Shown here: piece by piece, positions 49,108-58,179 of the stretch
Layout of the letters: each line of letters opens with the position of its first letter
Numbering within the stretch: position 1 is the first letter of the stretch
DNA from: Dehalococcoidia bacterium
GTDB taxonomy: Bacteria; Chloroflexota; Dehalococcoidia; Bin125
Direction of reading: 5' to 3'
Assembly (NCBI GenBank): GCA_965207365.1
Contig: OZ242281.1
Coordinates: 1,471,218-1,535,217, forward strand
DNA: 64,000 nt
Made by a program: the position numbers and the translations under genes
The notes under the pieces: generated by a model
The model's database searches: none
What the model was told of the DNA's origin: nothing
Seen by the model: the letters and a program-made list of their open reading frames with translations, nothing else

Positions 49108-49398
49108 ATGACTACCAAGAGGGAGGGGCTCGCCGAGGCCTTGGCCAATCTCGGTCTTGACCTTGAGTTTCTCGACGCTGTGAATGAGGAAGCTCGGCGT
49201 AATGATGCATTTTTTGCGACCCACTGCAGTGAGCTTTGGGAAACGCACCGGGGGAAATGGATGCTGATTCACGGTGGCGGCTGCGTCGAGTCGTTCGACA
49301 ACTACATGGAGATGTTCAAGCGGCTGAGGGAACTTGATCCCATTGCGGAAGCAGCAGCACGTATGGAAACAGAGGCTGAAACGCCGTGGATTCTCTGA
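49108..49398 (+). CDS. hypothetical small protein (partner of retropepsin-like protease)
   Basis: 96-aa ORF in a locally low-GC stretch. Overlaps the downstream gene by 13 nt. Confidence 0.45.
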   Translation: MTTKREGLAEALANLGLDLEFLDAVNEEARRNDAFFATHCSELWETHRGKWMLIHGGGCVESFDNYMEMFKRLRELDPIAEAAARMETEAETPWIL

Positions 49399-49880
49399 AT
49401 CGACGGTTTCTCGGCACGTTTGAGGCCACACACAGACTCCAACCGCCGGCTCCTCGCATTAGTGTGAGCGCGGTCGCCGATGTGGGTCTACCAACACGGA
49501 CCGTTCACCTCCTGATTGACACCGGCGCTGATCGTACCCTGATCGCTCCGACAGACGCGCGAGGCATCTTCGGAGACGAAGCGTATGAGGAGATCAATCG
49601 CGCTGCAGACCGAATCCGCATTGGCGGCATTGGAACCGGCGCCACAGTTGTCGAGAGGAAACTGTTCTGCATATTCCACCCTCAGTCGGGGCCGCCAGTT
49701 CTACTGTTTCAGGACTTTTGGATCGCCACCGAACTCCGTGACGAGCAAGGAAGGGTCATCAATCGCCACATGCCCTCTCTCCTGGGTCGTGACATTCTGA
49801 ATCACTTCACGCTGACCCTTTCTCCGATCCGTCGCCTGGTGGAGATGGTCGAGGAAGAACCTTTGCCAGGATCGGTCTAG
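49386..49880 (+). CDS. retropepsin-like aspartic protease (clan AA, single-lobe)
   Basis: LLIDTGADRTLIAP contains the canonical D-T-G-A active-site motif. A downstream GIGTG flap-like motif is present. The 164-aa length fits a homodimeric retropepsin. Confidence 0.6.
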   Translation: MDSLNRRFLGTFEATHRLQPPAPRISVSAVADVGLPTRTVHLLIDTGADRTLIAPTDARGIFGDEAYEEINRAADRIRIGGIGTGATVVERKLFCIFHPQSGPPVLLFQDFWIATELRDEQGRVINRHMPSLLGRDILNHFTLTLSPIRRLVEMVEEEPLPGSV

Positions 49881-49939
49881 TCGGTTTGCTTTCGTTGCCC
49901 AGATATCTCGCAGCGCATATGGCACCTGCTCCGTAGGCT

Positions 49940-50599
49940 GTGGGTATGGATATTGCCTGGTATGGACATGCCGCGTTTCGCTTGCGGGGGCGGGAAGCTG
50001 CGGTGGTCATGGACCCTTGCGCTCCTGAGACCGGGTTTCGGCTGAACCGGCCGGCGGCCGACATTGTGACGGTGTCTCGCAAGATGGATTTGGGGCACAA
50101 CTGGACTGAGGGTGTGACGCTCGAGGCGTCGACCAATCAACGGCAGTTGGATGCACCCGGCGAATACGAGATCAAGCGGGTGCTGGCGACCGGCGTTCGC
50201 ACGCCTGGTCCTGATGACCAGCGCAACATCTCGTTCGTCGTGACGATCGACGAATTGATTATCGCGCACCTGGGCGACCTTCAGGGCATGCCTGAGCGCT
50301 CGGCGTTGGAAGAGCTGCAACGGGCGGATGTCGTCCTGATGCCCTGCGGGGGTGGGAAGCATCTCACGCCGGAGTCGGCGGCCAGTATCGCTGGCGCCAT
50401 TGCTGCTCCGCTGGTGATTCCGATGCTCTACCAGCCGGAGGGCGCAGAGGAAGTCAATACAGGGCTTGAACCGCTGTCGGCGTTTCTGCGCGAAATGGGA
50501 TTGACTGTCGATCCGCCCAGCGACAACCACATCAATGTGACCCGAAGTTCGATACCGACCGCGCCGACGGTGGCGCCGCTGCTGGCCAGAGGAGCGTGA
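49940..50599 (+). CDS. MBL-fold metal-dependent hydrolase
   Basis: Metallo-beta-lactamase-fold pattern (AAVVMDPC ... H-x-H-x-D-like region ... HLGDL). Confidence 0.7.
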   Translation: MGMDIAWYGHAAFRLRGREAAVVMDPCAPETGFRLNRPAADIVTVSRKMDLGHNWTEGVTLEASTNQRQLDAPGEYEIKRVLATGVRTPGPDDQRNISFVVTIDELIIAHLGDLQGMPERSALEELQRADVVLMPCGGGKHLTPESAASIAGAIAAPLVIPMLYQPEGAEEVNTGLEPLSAFLREMGLTVDPPSDNHINVTRSSIPTAPTVAPLLARGA

Positions 50600-50600
50600 G

Positions 50601-52502
50601 ATGAGTCACCAGAATTCGCAGCCCGAGTACGAGGTCGTGATTCAACGCAATCGCCGCGTCGTCATGCGTGATGGCGTGACGATGGCGACCGATGTGTATC
50701 TGCCGGCCCGCGACGGCGTGGCGATTGAAGGTCCCTGGCCGACGTTGTTGACTCGGACGCCGTACGACAAGCTGGGGTTCGCCGCTGACGGCGAGTGGTG
50801 GGCGAAGCGCGGATATGCGCGGGTGATGCAGGATGTGCGCGGTCGGTTTGCATCGGAGGGCGACTTCTACCTGCTCAAGAACGAAGCCGAGGACGGCTAC
50901 GACACGATTGAATGGCTGGCCGAGCAGCCCTGGTCGACGGGCAAGGTGGGGACAGTCGGGACGTCGTACATGGGCTGGGTACAGTCTGCGGCGGCGGCTT
51001 TGAATCCGCCGCATCTGTCGGCGATGTGGGTCAACCAGGGTGCGTTCAACGGGCTGACATCGTCACTGCGACAGGGCGGTGCGCTGGAGTTGCGTTGGCT
51101 CGCGTGGGCCTTTTGGAACGCGCCGGTCAGTCCCGAAGCGGTGCGGGACCCGGCGCTGTACGAGGCGCTGGACCAGGCGGCGGTCGACCTGCGCGGCTAC
51201 CTCAATCGGTTGCCCTGGCGATCGGGCGATACGCCGCTCTCTCTGACCAAGGACTTTGAGCGTTGGGCGATCGACCTGACGACGCTGGCTCGCGAGGATG
51301 ACTGGCTATGGCAATTGCCGTCAATGAACTTCGAGCGCTTCATTGGACAGACCGCCGATGTGCCGAGCGTGTATTCGGGCGGCTGGTATGACAGCTATAC
51401 GCGGGCGACGTGCGAGTCGTTCATGGCCTTCTCGGAGGCAATGTCGTCGCCGCAGTATCTGCTCATGGGTCCGTGGACGCATGGTGAGGTGACGCTGGAT
51501 CGGTCGTGGTCGGGCGACGTGGACTTTGGTCCGACGGCGCCGACATCGGGCAATCTGGCTCCGAGCATCTCCGATCTGCGAATGCGCTTCTTCGACCACA
51601 CGCTCAAGGGATTGGACAGCGGCTGGAGCGAAATGCCTGCGGTGAAGATGTTCGTGATGGGTGGCGGCACGGGTCGGCGGATCCTGTCGGATCGGATGGA
51701 CCATGGCGGCGAGTGGCGGGATGAGTTCCAGTGGCCGCCAAGCGCGGCTGCGCAGCAAGCATGGTACCTGCAGCGCGACGGTGAGCTGTCGACTGAGGCG
51801 GCGGGCGAGGACGGCGGTTCGTCGAGCTATCTGTTCGACCCAGCCAATCCGGTGCCGTCGATCTCGGCGAATGTCTCGTCGCTGCGCGAATACGTGGCAG
51901 AGGATCCGACGCTGAAGTCTCAGATCTGGCCTCCGACTCAGCGCTCCCGAGAGCTAATCATGCCGGGCGGAGCCGATCAGCGGACTCGATCCGACGTGAT
52001 GGGTGCGGAGCCGCCGTATCTGCCGACGGCGTCGCGCTCGGACGTATTGTCGTTCCGAACCGAGCCGCTGGCTGAAGACGTCGAAGCGACTGGTCCGGTG
52101 ACGGTGCGGCTGTTCGTCTCGACCGACGCACCGGATACCGATTTCACGGCAGCGTTGCTCGACTGCTATCCGCCCAATGCGGACTATCCCGAGGGCTACA
52201 ACCTGCGCCTGACCGACAGCATCAAGCGGCTGCGCTTCCGCAACGGATACGACCGCGAAGAGTTGGTCTCTCCGAATGACATCGTCGAGGTGACGATCGA
52301 GCTGTACCCGACAGCGAACGTGTTCAAGGCGGGCCACCGAATCGGCGTGGAGATTTCGTCCTCGAACTACCCGCGCTTCGACGTGAATCCCAACACGGGA
52401 GAGCCCATCGGTCGGCAGACGCACACGCGGACGGCCCTGAACACGGTCTGGCACGACGCCGAGCGGGGATCTCGGTTGGAGTTGTCGGTGGCGGTGAGCT
52501 AA
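50601..52502 (+). CDS. CocE/NonD family hydrolase (X-Pro dipeptidyl-peptidase S15-like)
   Basis: VGTVGTSYMGW nucleophile-elbow motif and the C-terminal beta-sandwich domain. 633 aa. Confidence 0.8.
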   Translation: MSHQNSQPEYEVVIQRNRRVVMRDGVTMATDVYLPARDGVAIEGPWPTLLTRTPYDKLGFAADGEWWAKRGYARVMQDVRGRFASEGDFYLLKNEAEDGYDTIEWLAEQPWSTGKVGTVGTSYMGWVQSAAAALNPPHLSAMWVNQGAFNGLTSSLRQGGALELRWLAWAFWNAPVSPEAVRDPALYEALDQAAVDLRGYLNRLPWRSGDTPLSLTKDFERWAIDLTTLAREDDWLWQLPSMNFERFIGQTADVPSVYSGGWYDSYTRATCESFMAFSEAMSSPQYLLMGPWTHGEVTLDRSWSGDVDFGPTAPTSGNLAPSISDLRMRFFDHTLKGLDSGWSEMPAVKMFVMGGGTGRRILSDRMDHGGEWRDEFQWPPSAAAQQAWYLQRDGELSTEAAGEDGGSSSYLFDPANPVPSISANVSSLREYVAEDPTLKSQIWPPTQRSRELIMPGGADQRTRSDVMGAEPPYLPTASRSDVLSFRTEPLAEDVEATGPVTVRLFVSTDAPDTDFTAALLDCYPPNADYPEGYNLRLTDSIKRLRFRNGYDREELVSPNDIVEVTIELYPTANVFKAGHRIGVEISSSNYPRFDVNPNTGEPIGRQTHTRTALNTVWHDAERGSRLELSVAVS

Positions 52503-52533
52503 CAGGGGCCTACTGCGTCCTGAGACTGATGCA

Positions 52534-52691
52534 CAACTCCCCTTCTCCCCCCCTGCGGGGGAGATGCCGAAGGCAGAGGGGGGGTCCTGTCCGCAACTTC
52601 TATCTGGTGCTCACCGACCCCCACTCTGTCACTCCGTGACATCTCCCCCCGCAAGGGGGGGAGAGCGGAATCTGAGGTTGCGCATCGGTCT
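52534..52691. repeat. MITE-like element, family A copy flanked by 7-bp direct repeat cgtcctg
   Basis: Terminal inverted repeats agactgatgcacaactcccc / ggaatctgaggttgcgcatcggtct. Direct repeats at 52527-52533 and 52692-52698. Confidence 0.8.
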
Positions 52692-52726
52692 CGTCCTGGG
52701 GGAGCAGGGAAGACTCAGAAGCAGCG

Positions 52727-53635
52727 CTAGCCGGTACCTCGCAGGCGGGGATCGAGGAGATCGCGGAGGACGTCGCCGAGGAGATTGAAGGCGAGCACGG
52801 TGACGACGATGGCCAGACCAGGGAAGATGGCGAGCATTGGCTCGCTGCTGATCAGTCGTTGAGCGCTGTTGAGCATGGTGCCCCAGGATGGGTCGGGCGG
52901 TCGCGTTCCCAGGCCGAGGAAGCTGAGTGAAGCCTCGATGATGATCGCGACGCCGAACAGCAGCGAGGCCTGAACGACGACCGGCGCGAACGTGTTGGGC
53001 AAGATGTGGCGGGCCGCGACCCGAGGTCCGCCGGCGCCGATCGATCGTGCGGCCAGGACGAACTCCTGTTCTTTGACCGAGAGCGTCGTGCCGCGCACGA
53101 GTCGGGCGAATGAGGGTATGAAGGTGATGCCGATGGCGAGCATGACATTCTGAATGCCGGTTCCCAGCGCCGCGATGATCATCAATGCGAGCAGGATGCC
53201 GGGAAACGCGAAGAGCGCATCCATGAGTCGCATCAGGACTTCATCGCGGATGCCACCCGAGTATCCGGCAGTGACGCCGATCGGCACGCCGATTCCGGCG
53301 CCGATCAGGATCGATACCACGCCGACCATGAGCGCCGTGCGCGATGCGTCGACGATGCGCGAGTAGTTGTCTCGACCAAGCTGGTCGGTTCCAAAAAAGT
53401 TGGAAATCGAGGGCGGAGCAAACGCTTCGGCTCCAGTCGTGACCAGCGTTTCCAGCGGATCGTGAGTAGCTGCAACGTTGGTGAAGATTGCGGCAAACGC
53501 GATCAGCAGCACGACAGTCAGACTGATCACGCCGATGGGGCGGCGGAGAAATCGGCGGGCAAAGACCAGGAAGTTGGCGAACCGAGGATCGCGCTCTGAA
53601 ATCATGATTTCCACAGAGTCGGACGAACTCATCAC
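52727..53635 (-). CDS. ABC transporter permease (DppC/OppC-like)
   Basis: Six TM helices and an EAA-like loop. Confidence 0.85.
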   Translation of the reverse strand: MMSSSDSVEIMISERDPRFANFLVFARRFLRRPIGVISLTVVLLIAFAAIFTNVAATHDPLETLVTTGAEAFAPPSISNFFGTDQLGRDNYSRIVDASRTALMVGVVSILIGAGIGVPIGVTAGYSGGIRDEVLMRLMDALFAFPGILLALMIIAALGTGIQNVMLAIGITFIPSFARLVRGTTLSVKEQEFVLAARSIGAGGPRVAARHILPNTFAPVVVQASLLFGVAIIIEASLSFLGLGTRPPDPSWGTMLNSAQRLISSEPMLAIFPGLAIVVTVLAFNLLGDVLRDLLDPRLRGTG

Positions 53636-53640
53636 TGACC

Positions 53641-54585
53641 TCAGGAGTAGCGAATGCGTGGATCGAGATACGCGTAGGAGATGTCGACGAGCAGATTGAT
53701 CGCCGCGACACCCAGCGCGATCATCACGGCGAGGGCTTGCACGGTAGGAATCTCGGAGAAGAGGATGGAGTCGATGATCAGCTTGCCGACGCCGGGCAGT
53801 CCGAAGAAGGATTCGATCACGATCGCGCCGCCAACGACGAGCGAGGTCTGCAAACCGAGCACGGTCACGACGGGGATCAGCGCATTGCGGAATCCGTGGC
53901 GGACGAGAACGGAGCGTTCGCGCAGACCCTTGGATCGAGCGGTGCGTACGTAGTCTTGTTGCATGACTTCAACCATGGATGCGCGCACCTGCCGGGCGAG
54001 ATTGCCGGCGAGAGCGACGCCGATGGCGAACGCTGGCAGAATCATACCCTTGAGGTTGGCGGTCGGATCCTCGAAGAAGGGTGTAAAGCCCTGGGTGGGA
54101 AACCAACCCAACTCGAGCGCGAAGATGATCACAAGCAGCATGGCCAGCCAGAAATTGGGCACCGAGACGCCAATCACGGCAAAGAATGTGAGCCCATAGT
54201 CGAAGGGCGTGCCGGGTTTCGCCCCCGCGATCGCCCCAATCGGGATCGCAATCAGCAGGGCCAGGGCCAGCGACATGATGCCGAGTTGCAAGGTCGCCTC
54301 AAGCCGGCTGGCGATCAGCGGGCCGACGGGGTCGTTGCTGCGCTGGGAGTAACCGAAGTCACCCTGGAAGACGCCGGCAATCCAGTCGGCGTACTGCTCG
54401 TAGATCGGGTCGTACCATCCGAGCCGCTCATTCAAGGCCTCGACCGCGGCCGGATCGGCTTCAGGTCCGAGGATGGCGCTGCCGGGAGAGCCGGGAAGCA
54501 GCCGCAGAGCGACAAAGGTGACGACGGAGATCAAGATCAGTACGGGAATCGTGGCGAGAACGCGACGAATGATGAAGTTACGCAC
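53641..54585 (-). CDS. ABC transporter permease (DppB/OppB-like)
   Basis: N-terminal MRNFIIRRVLATIPVLILISV typical of DppB/OppB. EAA loop present. Confidence 0.85.
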   Translation of the reverse strand: MRNFIIRRVLATIPVLILISVVTFVALRLLPGSPGSAILGPEADPAAVEALNERLGWYDPIYEQYADWIAGVFQGDFGYSQRSNDPVGPLIASRLEATLQLGIMSLALALLIAIPIGAIAGAKPGTPFDYGLTFFAVIGVSVPNFWLAMLLVIIFALELGWFPTQGFTPFFEDPTANLKGMILPAFAIGVALAGNLARQVRASMVEVMQQDYVRTARSKGLRERSVLVRHGFRNALIPVVTVLGLQTSLVVGGAIVIESFFGLPGVGKLIIDSILFSEIPTVQALAVMIALGVAAINLLVDISYAYLDPRIRYS

Positions 54586-54755
54586 TGACCCAAGCTTTGC
54601 CGAACAGGTCCGTTCCGGGGCTGCTGCCCCGGAAACCTATGTGGGATGACTGGCTGGCGGCAGCCGGCGCGCCGTCCACAGGGACGAGCGCCGGCCGCAG
54701 TTCGCCATTGGTCGCGCCTAGGCTACCTGAGCTCTCGGCGCTGCCCAGGGAGCAC

Positions 54756-56558
54756 CTAGGCGGTGATGGTCACGTCGCCCTGTCCCCAGTGCGGCTTTGC
54801 GTCGGCAAACAGCGGATAGGTGACGTTTTCGGCGTGCGCCGTGCGCGCGAAGTGGTGGAAGAAGTTCAAGCCCCAGGCCGCGGTGTCCATGGCTTGGTTG
54901 AGCTCTTGGATCTTGATGAACCGCTGCTCGGGGTCAAACTCAGCGCCGACCTCGCCCAGCAGGCGGACCAGTTCCTGGCGGTCCGGGTCGTTCTCGTCCT
55001 CGGGTACGACGTTGCGGCTCTGGGAGAGCGGGTCGTGGACAAAAGCGAGTTGCTGCCAGACATCGGCGCGCACCGACATCGAGGAGCTGTGACCGGAGAC
55101 TTCGAGGTCCCAGAACTCACGCCAGAAGGCGGGGCTGGGCTTCGGGTTGAGCTTGGCGGTGATGCCAAACTGAGCCAGCGAGGCAGCGATGAACTCGTCA
55201 TGCGCGATCGCCTGGGCGCCCGAGAAGGTGTTCATCTCGAACTCGAACCCGTCCGGATGACCGGCCAGAGCGAGCTCTTCGCGCACCTTGTCGGGGTTGA
55301 AGATGTAGCCCTCGTAGTTGGGATCGTGATCTGGGCCGGTGGCCGGGCCGAGCCAACCCCAATGGGCCGGGATGCCCTGACCGTTCCAGACCACGTCGAG
55401 CAAGGCTTGCTTGTCGACGCCCCAGTTGACGGCGCGGCGCAGGTGCGGGTTGGTCCACGGCTCCATGCGCATGTTCAACCAGTAGCGCTGGGTCCAGTTG
55501 GTTGGGCGCGTCTCATAAGTCAGGCCGGCATCGGTCAGGCGGTCGACCTGGGCCGAGTCGGGGCTGAACTGGGCGTTGTATTCGCCGGCGATCATGCCGT
55601 TGATGGCCTGGTCGGAGGTTCGTCCCAGATGCCAGGTGATCTTGTTGATCTTCGGGTGACCAGGCTGCCAGTAGTCGTCGAACGCTTCGAAGACGAGGCG
55701 GTCATCGACGATTTCCTCGACGAACTTGAAGGCGCCGGCGCCGACTGGCGAGCGGTCGATGTAGACATCCTTCTCGGCGATTGCCTTGGGCGAGACGACC
55801 ATGCCCGCGCGGTCGCCGAGGATGCGCAGCAACGGGGCGAAGGGTTGCTTCATGTTGAAGACGGCGGTCAGTTCGTCCGGCGTGTCAACGCTGTCAATGA
55901 ACTGCACATCGGCGCCGGTATTGCCCTCGGGCAAGTCGCGGGCGCGGAGGATGTGCGTCTTGACTGCCTCGGCGTTGAGCGGTTCGCCATCGTGGAACAA
56001 CACGTTGGGGCGAATTGTGAAGATGATCTTCAGACCATCGTCCGAGACTTCCCAACTCTCGGCCAGCGAGCGGCTCGTGTCGGGCACGAGCTCGGTGTCG
56101 TAGCCGACCAGGTTGTCGTGACCGACCCACAGGTGCTGGTGGTCGTTGCCACCGGATCCGGTGACCGGGTCGAGCTGGGAAAAGGAGCCGGAGAGGTCGG
56201 GAACGTTCAGTTCGCCCACCCGTGCGACAGCAGTCTGTTGGGCCTGGGCTTGCGCCTGCGCGGCCTGTTGTTCTTGCTGCTGGGCCTGCTGCTCGGCGGC
56301 GGGCTGGTCCTGCTGCTCGGCCTGCTGCGCCTGCGCGTCAGCCTGCTGCTGCTGTTGCTGTTGCGGCTGTGCAACCTGCTGTTGTTGCTGCTGCTGGGCC
56401 TGCTGGACCTGCGCTGCAGACTGATCGTCGTCATCGTCGCCGCAACCGACCAGGGCGATCCCGGCTGCGCCGACCCCGGCGCGGGCCGAGGCACGCAACA
56501 ACGAGCGCCGCGACATCTTGTTGCGGCGCATGCGATTCCAATAGTTCCGCTCGCTCAT
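54756..56558 (-). CDS. ABC transporter substrate-binding protein, family 5 (peptide/nickel), Tat-lipoprotein signal, Q/A-rich linker
   Basis: SRRSLLRAS twin-arginine motif and LVGCG lipobox. About 60-aa (Q/A)n tract. SBP_bac_5 body. AGGAAG Shine-Dalgarno before the ATG at 56558. Confidence 0.8.
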   Translation of the reverse strand: MSERNYWNRMRRNKMSRRSLLRASARAGVGAAGIALVGCGDDDDDQSAAQVQQAQQQQQQQVAQPQQQQQQQADAQAQQAEQQDQPAAEQQAQQQEQQAAQAQAQAQQTAVARVGELNVPDLSGSFSQLDPVTGSGGNDHQHLWVGHDNLVGYDTELVPDTSRSLAESWEVSDDGLKIIFTIRPNVLFHDGEPLNAEAVKTHILRARDLPEGNTGADVQFIDSVDTPDELTAVFNMKQPFAPLLRILGDRAGMVVSPKAIAEKDVYIDRSPVGAGAFKFVEEIVDDRLVFEAFDDYWQPGHPKINKITWHLGRTSDQAINGMIAGEYNAQFSPDSAQVDRLTDAGLTYETRPTNWTQRYWLNMRMEPWTNPHLRRAVNWGVDKQALLDVVWNGQGIPAHWGWLGPATGPDHDPNYEGYIFNPDKVREELALAGHPDGFEFEMNTFSGAQAIAHDEFIAASLAQFGITAKLNPKPSPAFWREFWDLEVSGHSSSMSVRADVWQQLAFVHDPLSQSRNVVPEDENDPDRQELVRLLGEVGAEFDPEQRFIKIQELNQAMDTAAWGLNFFHHFARTAHAENVTYPLFADAKPHWGQGDVTITA

Positions 56559-56701
56559 GAACTTCCTGTTCTGATCTGCTCCCGCACGTACGACCGTCGC
56601 GGGCATCGTCTTGTTCCAGATACGTTCTCGCGTTTGAGCACAATGGTCTGCCAGTTAGTTTACCTACACTAAATACCTAGCGGCATCGGACCAGAGAGCG
56701 C

Positions 56702-57115
56702 CTATGACCTGGGGGCACCTGTGACCGGGGAGCCGGTGATCAGGCGTTGTTGCCGCTTGCTGAAACCGCTGAGGATTCGCTCGTAGGAGTCGACGATGAG
56801 TTCTTCCAGTTCGTCGTCGGGGAGGTCGGACTCGAGGGTGACAGCGACCCAATGGGACTTGTTCAGATAGCTCGGCGGCCGCACGGCTTCGTACTGCTGG
56901 TGCAGTGCGGGAACGATCGCTGGATCGCACTTGATCGAGATCGCCTGCGGTTTGCCCTCGGTGGTGCCTCCACCGAGGAAGCAGAAGATCTTGCCGCCTT
57001 TGCCGTCGGCATTGCGATTACCGAGCTTGTAGACGAGGTCGTCCTCGCCCCAGGGCGAGTCGGGCCAGGCGCCGGGCAGGGATTCACAGAGGTCGGCGAC
57101 GTCGTCGCGGTTCAT
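56702..57115 (-). CDS. MmcQ/YjbR family DNA-binding protein
   Basis: 137 aa with the YjbR-like pattern (WPDSPWGEDDLVYK). Confidence 0.7.
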   Translation of the reverse strand: MNRDDVADLCESLPGAWPDSPWGEDDLVYKLGNRNADGKGGKIFCFLGGGTTEGKPQAISIKCDPAIVPALHQQYEAVRPPSYLNKSHWVAVTLESDLPDDELEELIVDSYERILSGFSKRQQRLITGSPVTGAPRS

Positions 57116-58056
57116 GCGGATTCTCCACTGAGTCCACTCAAAAAGGCGCGCGGAACGGTGATCATCATCTGGTCGATGGTTTCCTGGGGGACACCGTCGG
57201 CCAGCAGCGCGGGTATCGCGGTCGTGGTGAGGAAGAGGTAGCGGGTCGGATAGTCGCGCGGTGATCCTGGGAATGCAGCGTAGTCGTGGCCCAGCATCAG
57301 CTTGTGCGACCAGCCGCGATTGATCAGTTCTTTGACGGTGGCGTTGCGCGCGACCCAGTTGGGGCGCTCAGCGCCGTCCTCGGGGCCGGGATAGCGGTCC
57401 ATCGAGATGTAGACGCCGGTGTTGAGCAGGTCCTCGATGTAGTCAGCGTTGACGGTGTCGGCGGTGTGGCCGATGCAGATCCTGTCCATCGGCGCGTCTT
57501 CCTCCTGGAAGATTTCAGCCTGGCGACGTCCGACCTCGAGCGGAGCCCAATGGTGCGTTGAGATTGGCGTGCCGGTGCGCTTGGCCGTCCGGGCTGCGGC
57601 CCTGAGGATGAGTTCGCCCTCCGGAGTGACGCCTTCGGCGTCGTTGGCGACCTTGATCACGCCTGCCTTGATGCCCGTGTCGGCGATGCCGACTTCGATC
57701 TCGCGGACGAAGATGTCAGCGATCTCGTCGGGCTCTTTGCCCCACATCCAGCGGGGGACGTCGCGCCAGATACCGGTGGCGCAGATGACGTTGACGCCCG
57801 ACGCCTCTGATGCGGCGCGCATCGCTTCGACATCGCGGTTGAGGTCGGGCGTGGAGAGTTCGATCAAGGAGTCGACGCCGCCCTGCTTGGCTTCCGTCAG
57901 CTCTTCCTTGGCACGCTGCAAGACTGCGTCCTTGTCGATCAGCCAGGGGTAGTGCTGGGTGATGACGTTGGGCGTGATCGCAACGTGCTCGTGGGAGAGG
58001 GTGAAGCCGAGATCGTTGGCGTCGATGGGTCCGAGGACGGTTTCAATTTGGGTCAT
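57112..58056 (-). CDS. phosphotriesterase-family (amidohydrolase) protein
   Basis: LSHEHV metal-binding motif and the PTE TIM-barrel pattern. ATGA overlap with the downstream gene. Confidence 0.8.
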   Translation of the reverse strand: MTQIETVLGPIDANDLGFTLSHEHVAITPNVITQHYPWLIDKDAVLQRAKEELTEAKQGGVDSLIELSTPDLNRDVEAMRAASEASGVNVICATGIWRDVPRWMWGKEPDEIADIFVREIEVGIADTGIKAGVIKVANDAEGVTPEGELILRAAARTAKRTGTPISTHHWAPLEVGRRQAEIFQEEDAPMDRICIGHTADTVNADYIEDLLNTGVYISMDRYPGPEDGAERPNWVARNATVKELINRGWSHKLMLGHDYAAFPGSPRDYPTRYLFLTTTAIPALLADGVPQETIDQMMITVPRAFLSGLSGESA

Positions 58057-58138
58057 GTCTTACTCCGTCATTGCCGCGCTTGTCGCGGCAACCTCCCCGT
58101 GTACTTCACCGACGTGAGTGCTGGAATCTGCGAGAGAC

Positions 58139-58162
58139 CCGCGTCAAGCGCGGGTATGACGA
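58139..58162. repeat. 24-bp palindromic motif acccgcgtcaagcgcgggtatgac (candidate uninterrupted MITE landing pad)
   Basis: Hairpin cccgcg/cgcggg. The same sequence is split by element insertions at 43583/43762 and 38468. Confidence 0.5.
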
Positions 58163-58179
58163 GTTAGGGAATTCGGCGA

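Noticed and set aside
56146-56560. Cys/Ala-rich and Arg/Pro-rich ORFs opposite the SBP gene
   Set aside because: Produced by the CTG/CAG microsatellite-like tract read in other frames. They have no independent signals.
58057-58179. Hairpins between rho and the PTE gene as intrinsic terminators
   Set aside because: Two good stems (ttgccgcg/cgcggcaa and cccgcg/cgcggg) lack a downstream U-tract on the - strand. The second is the recurring 24-bp palindrome, so it is reported as a repeat, not a terminator.
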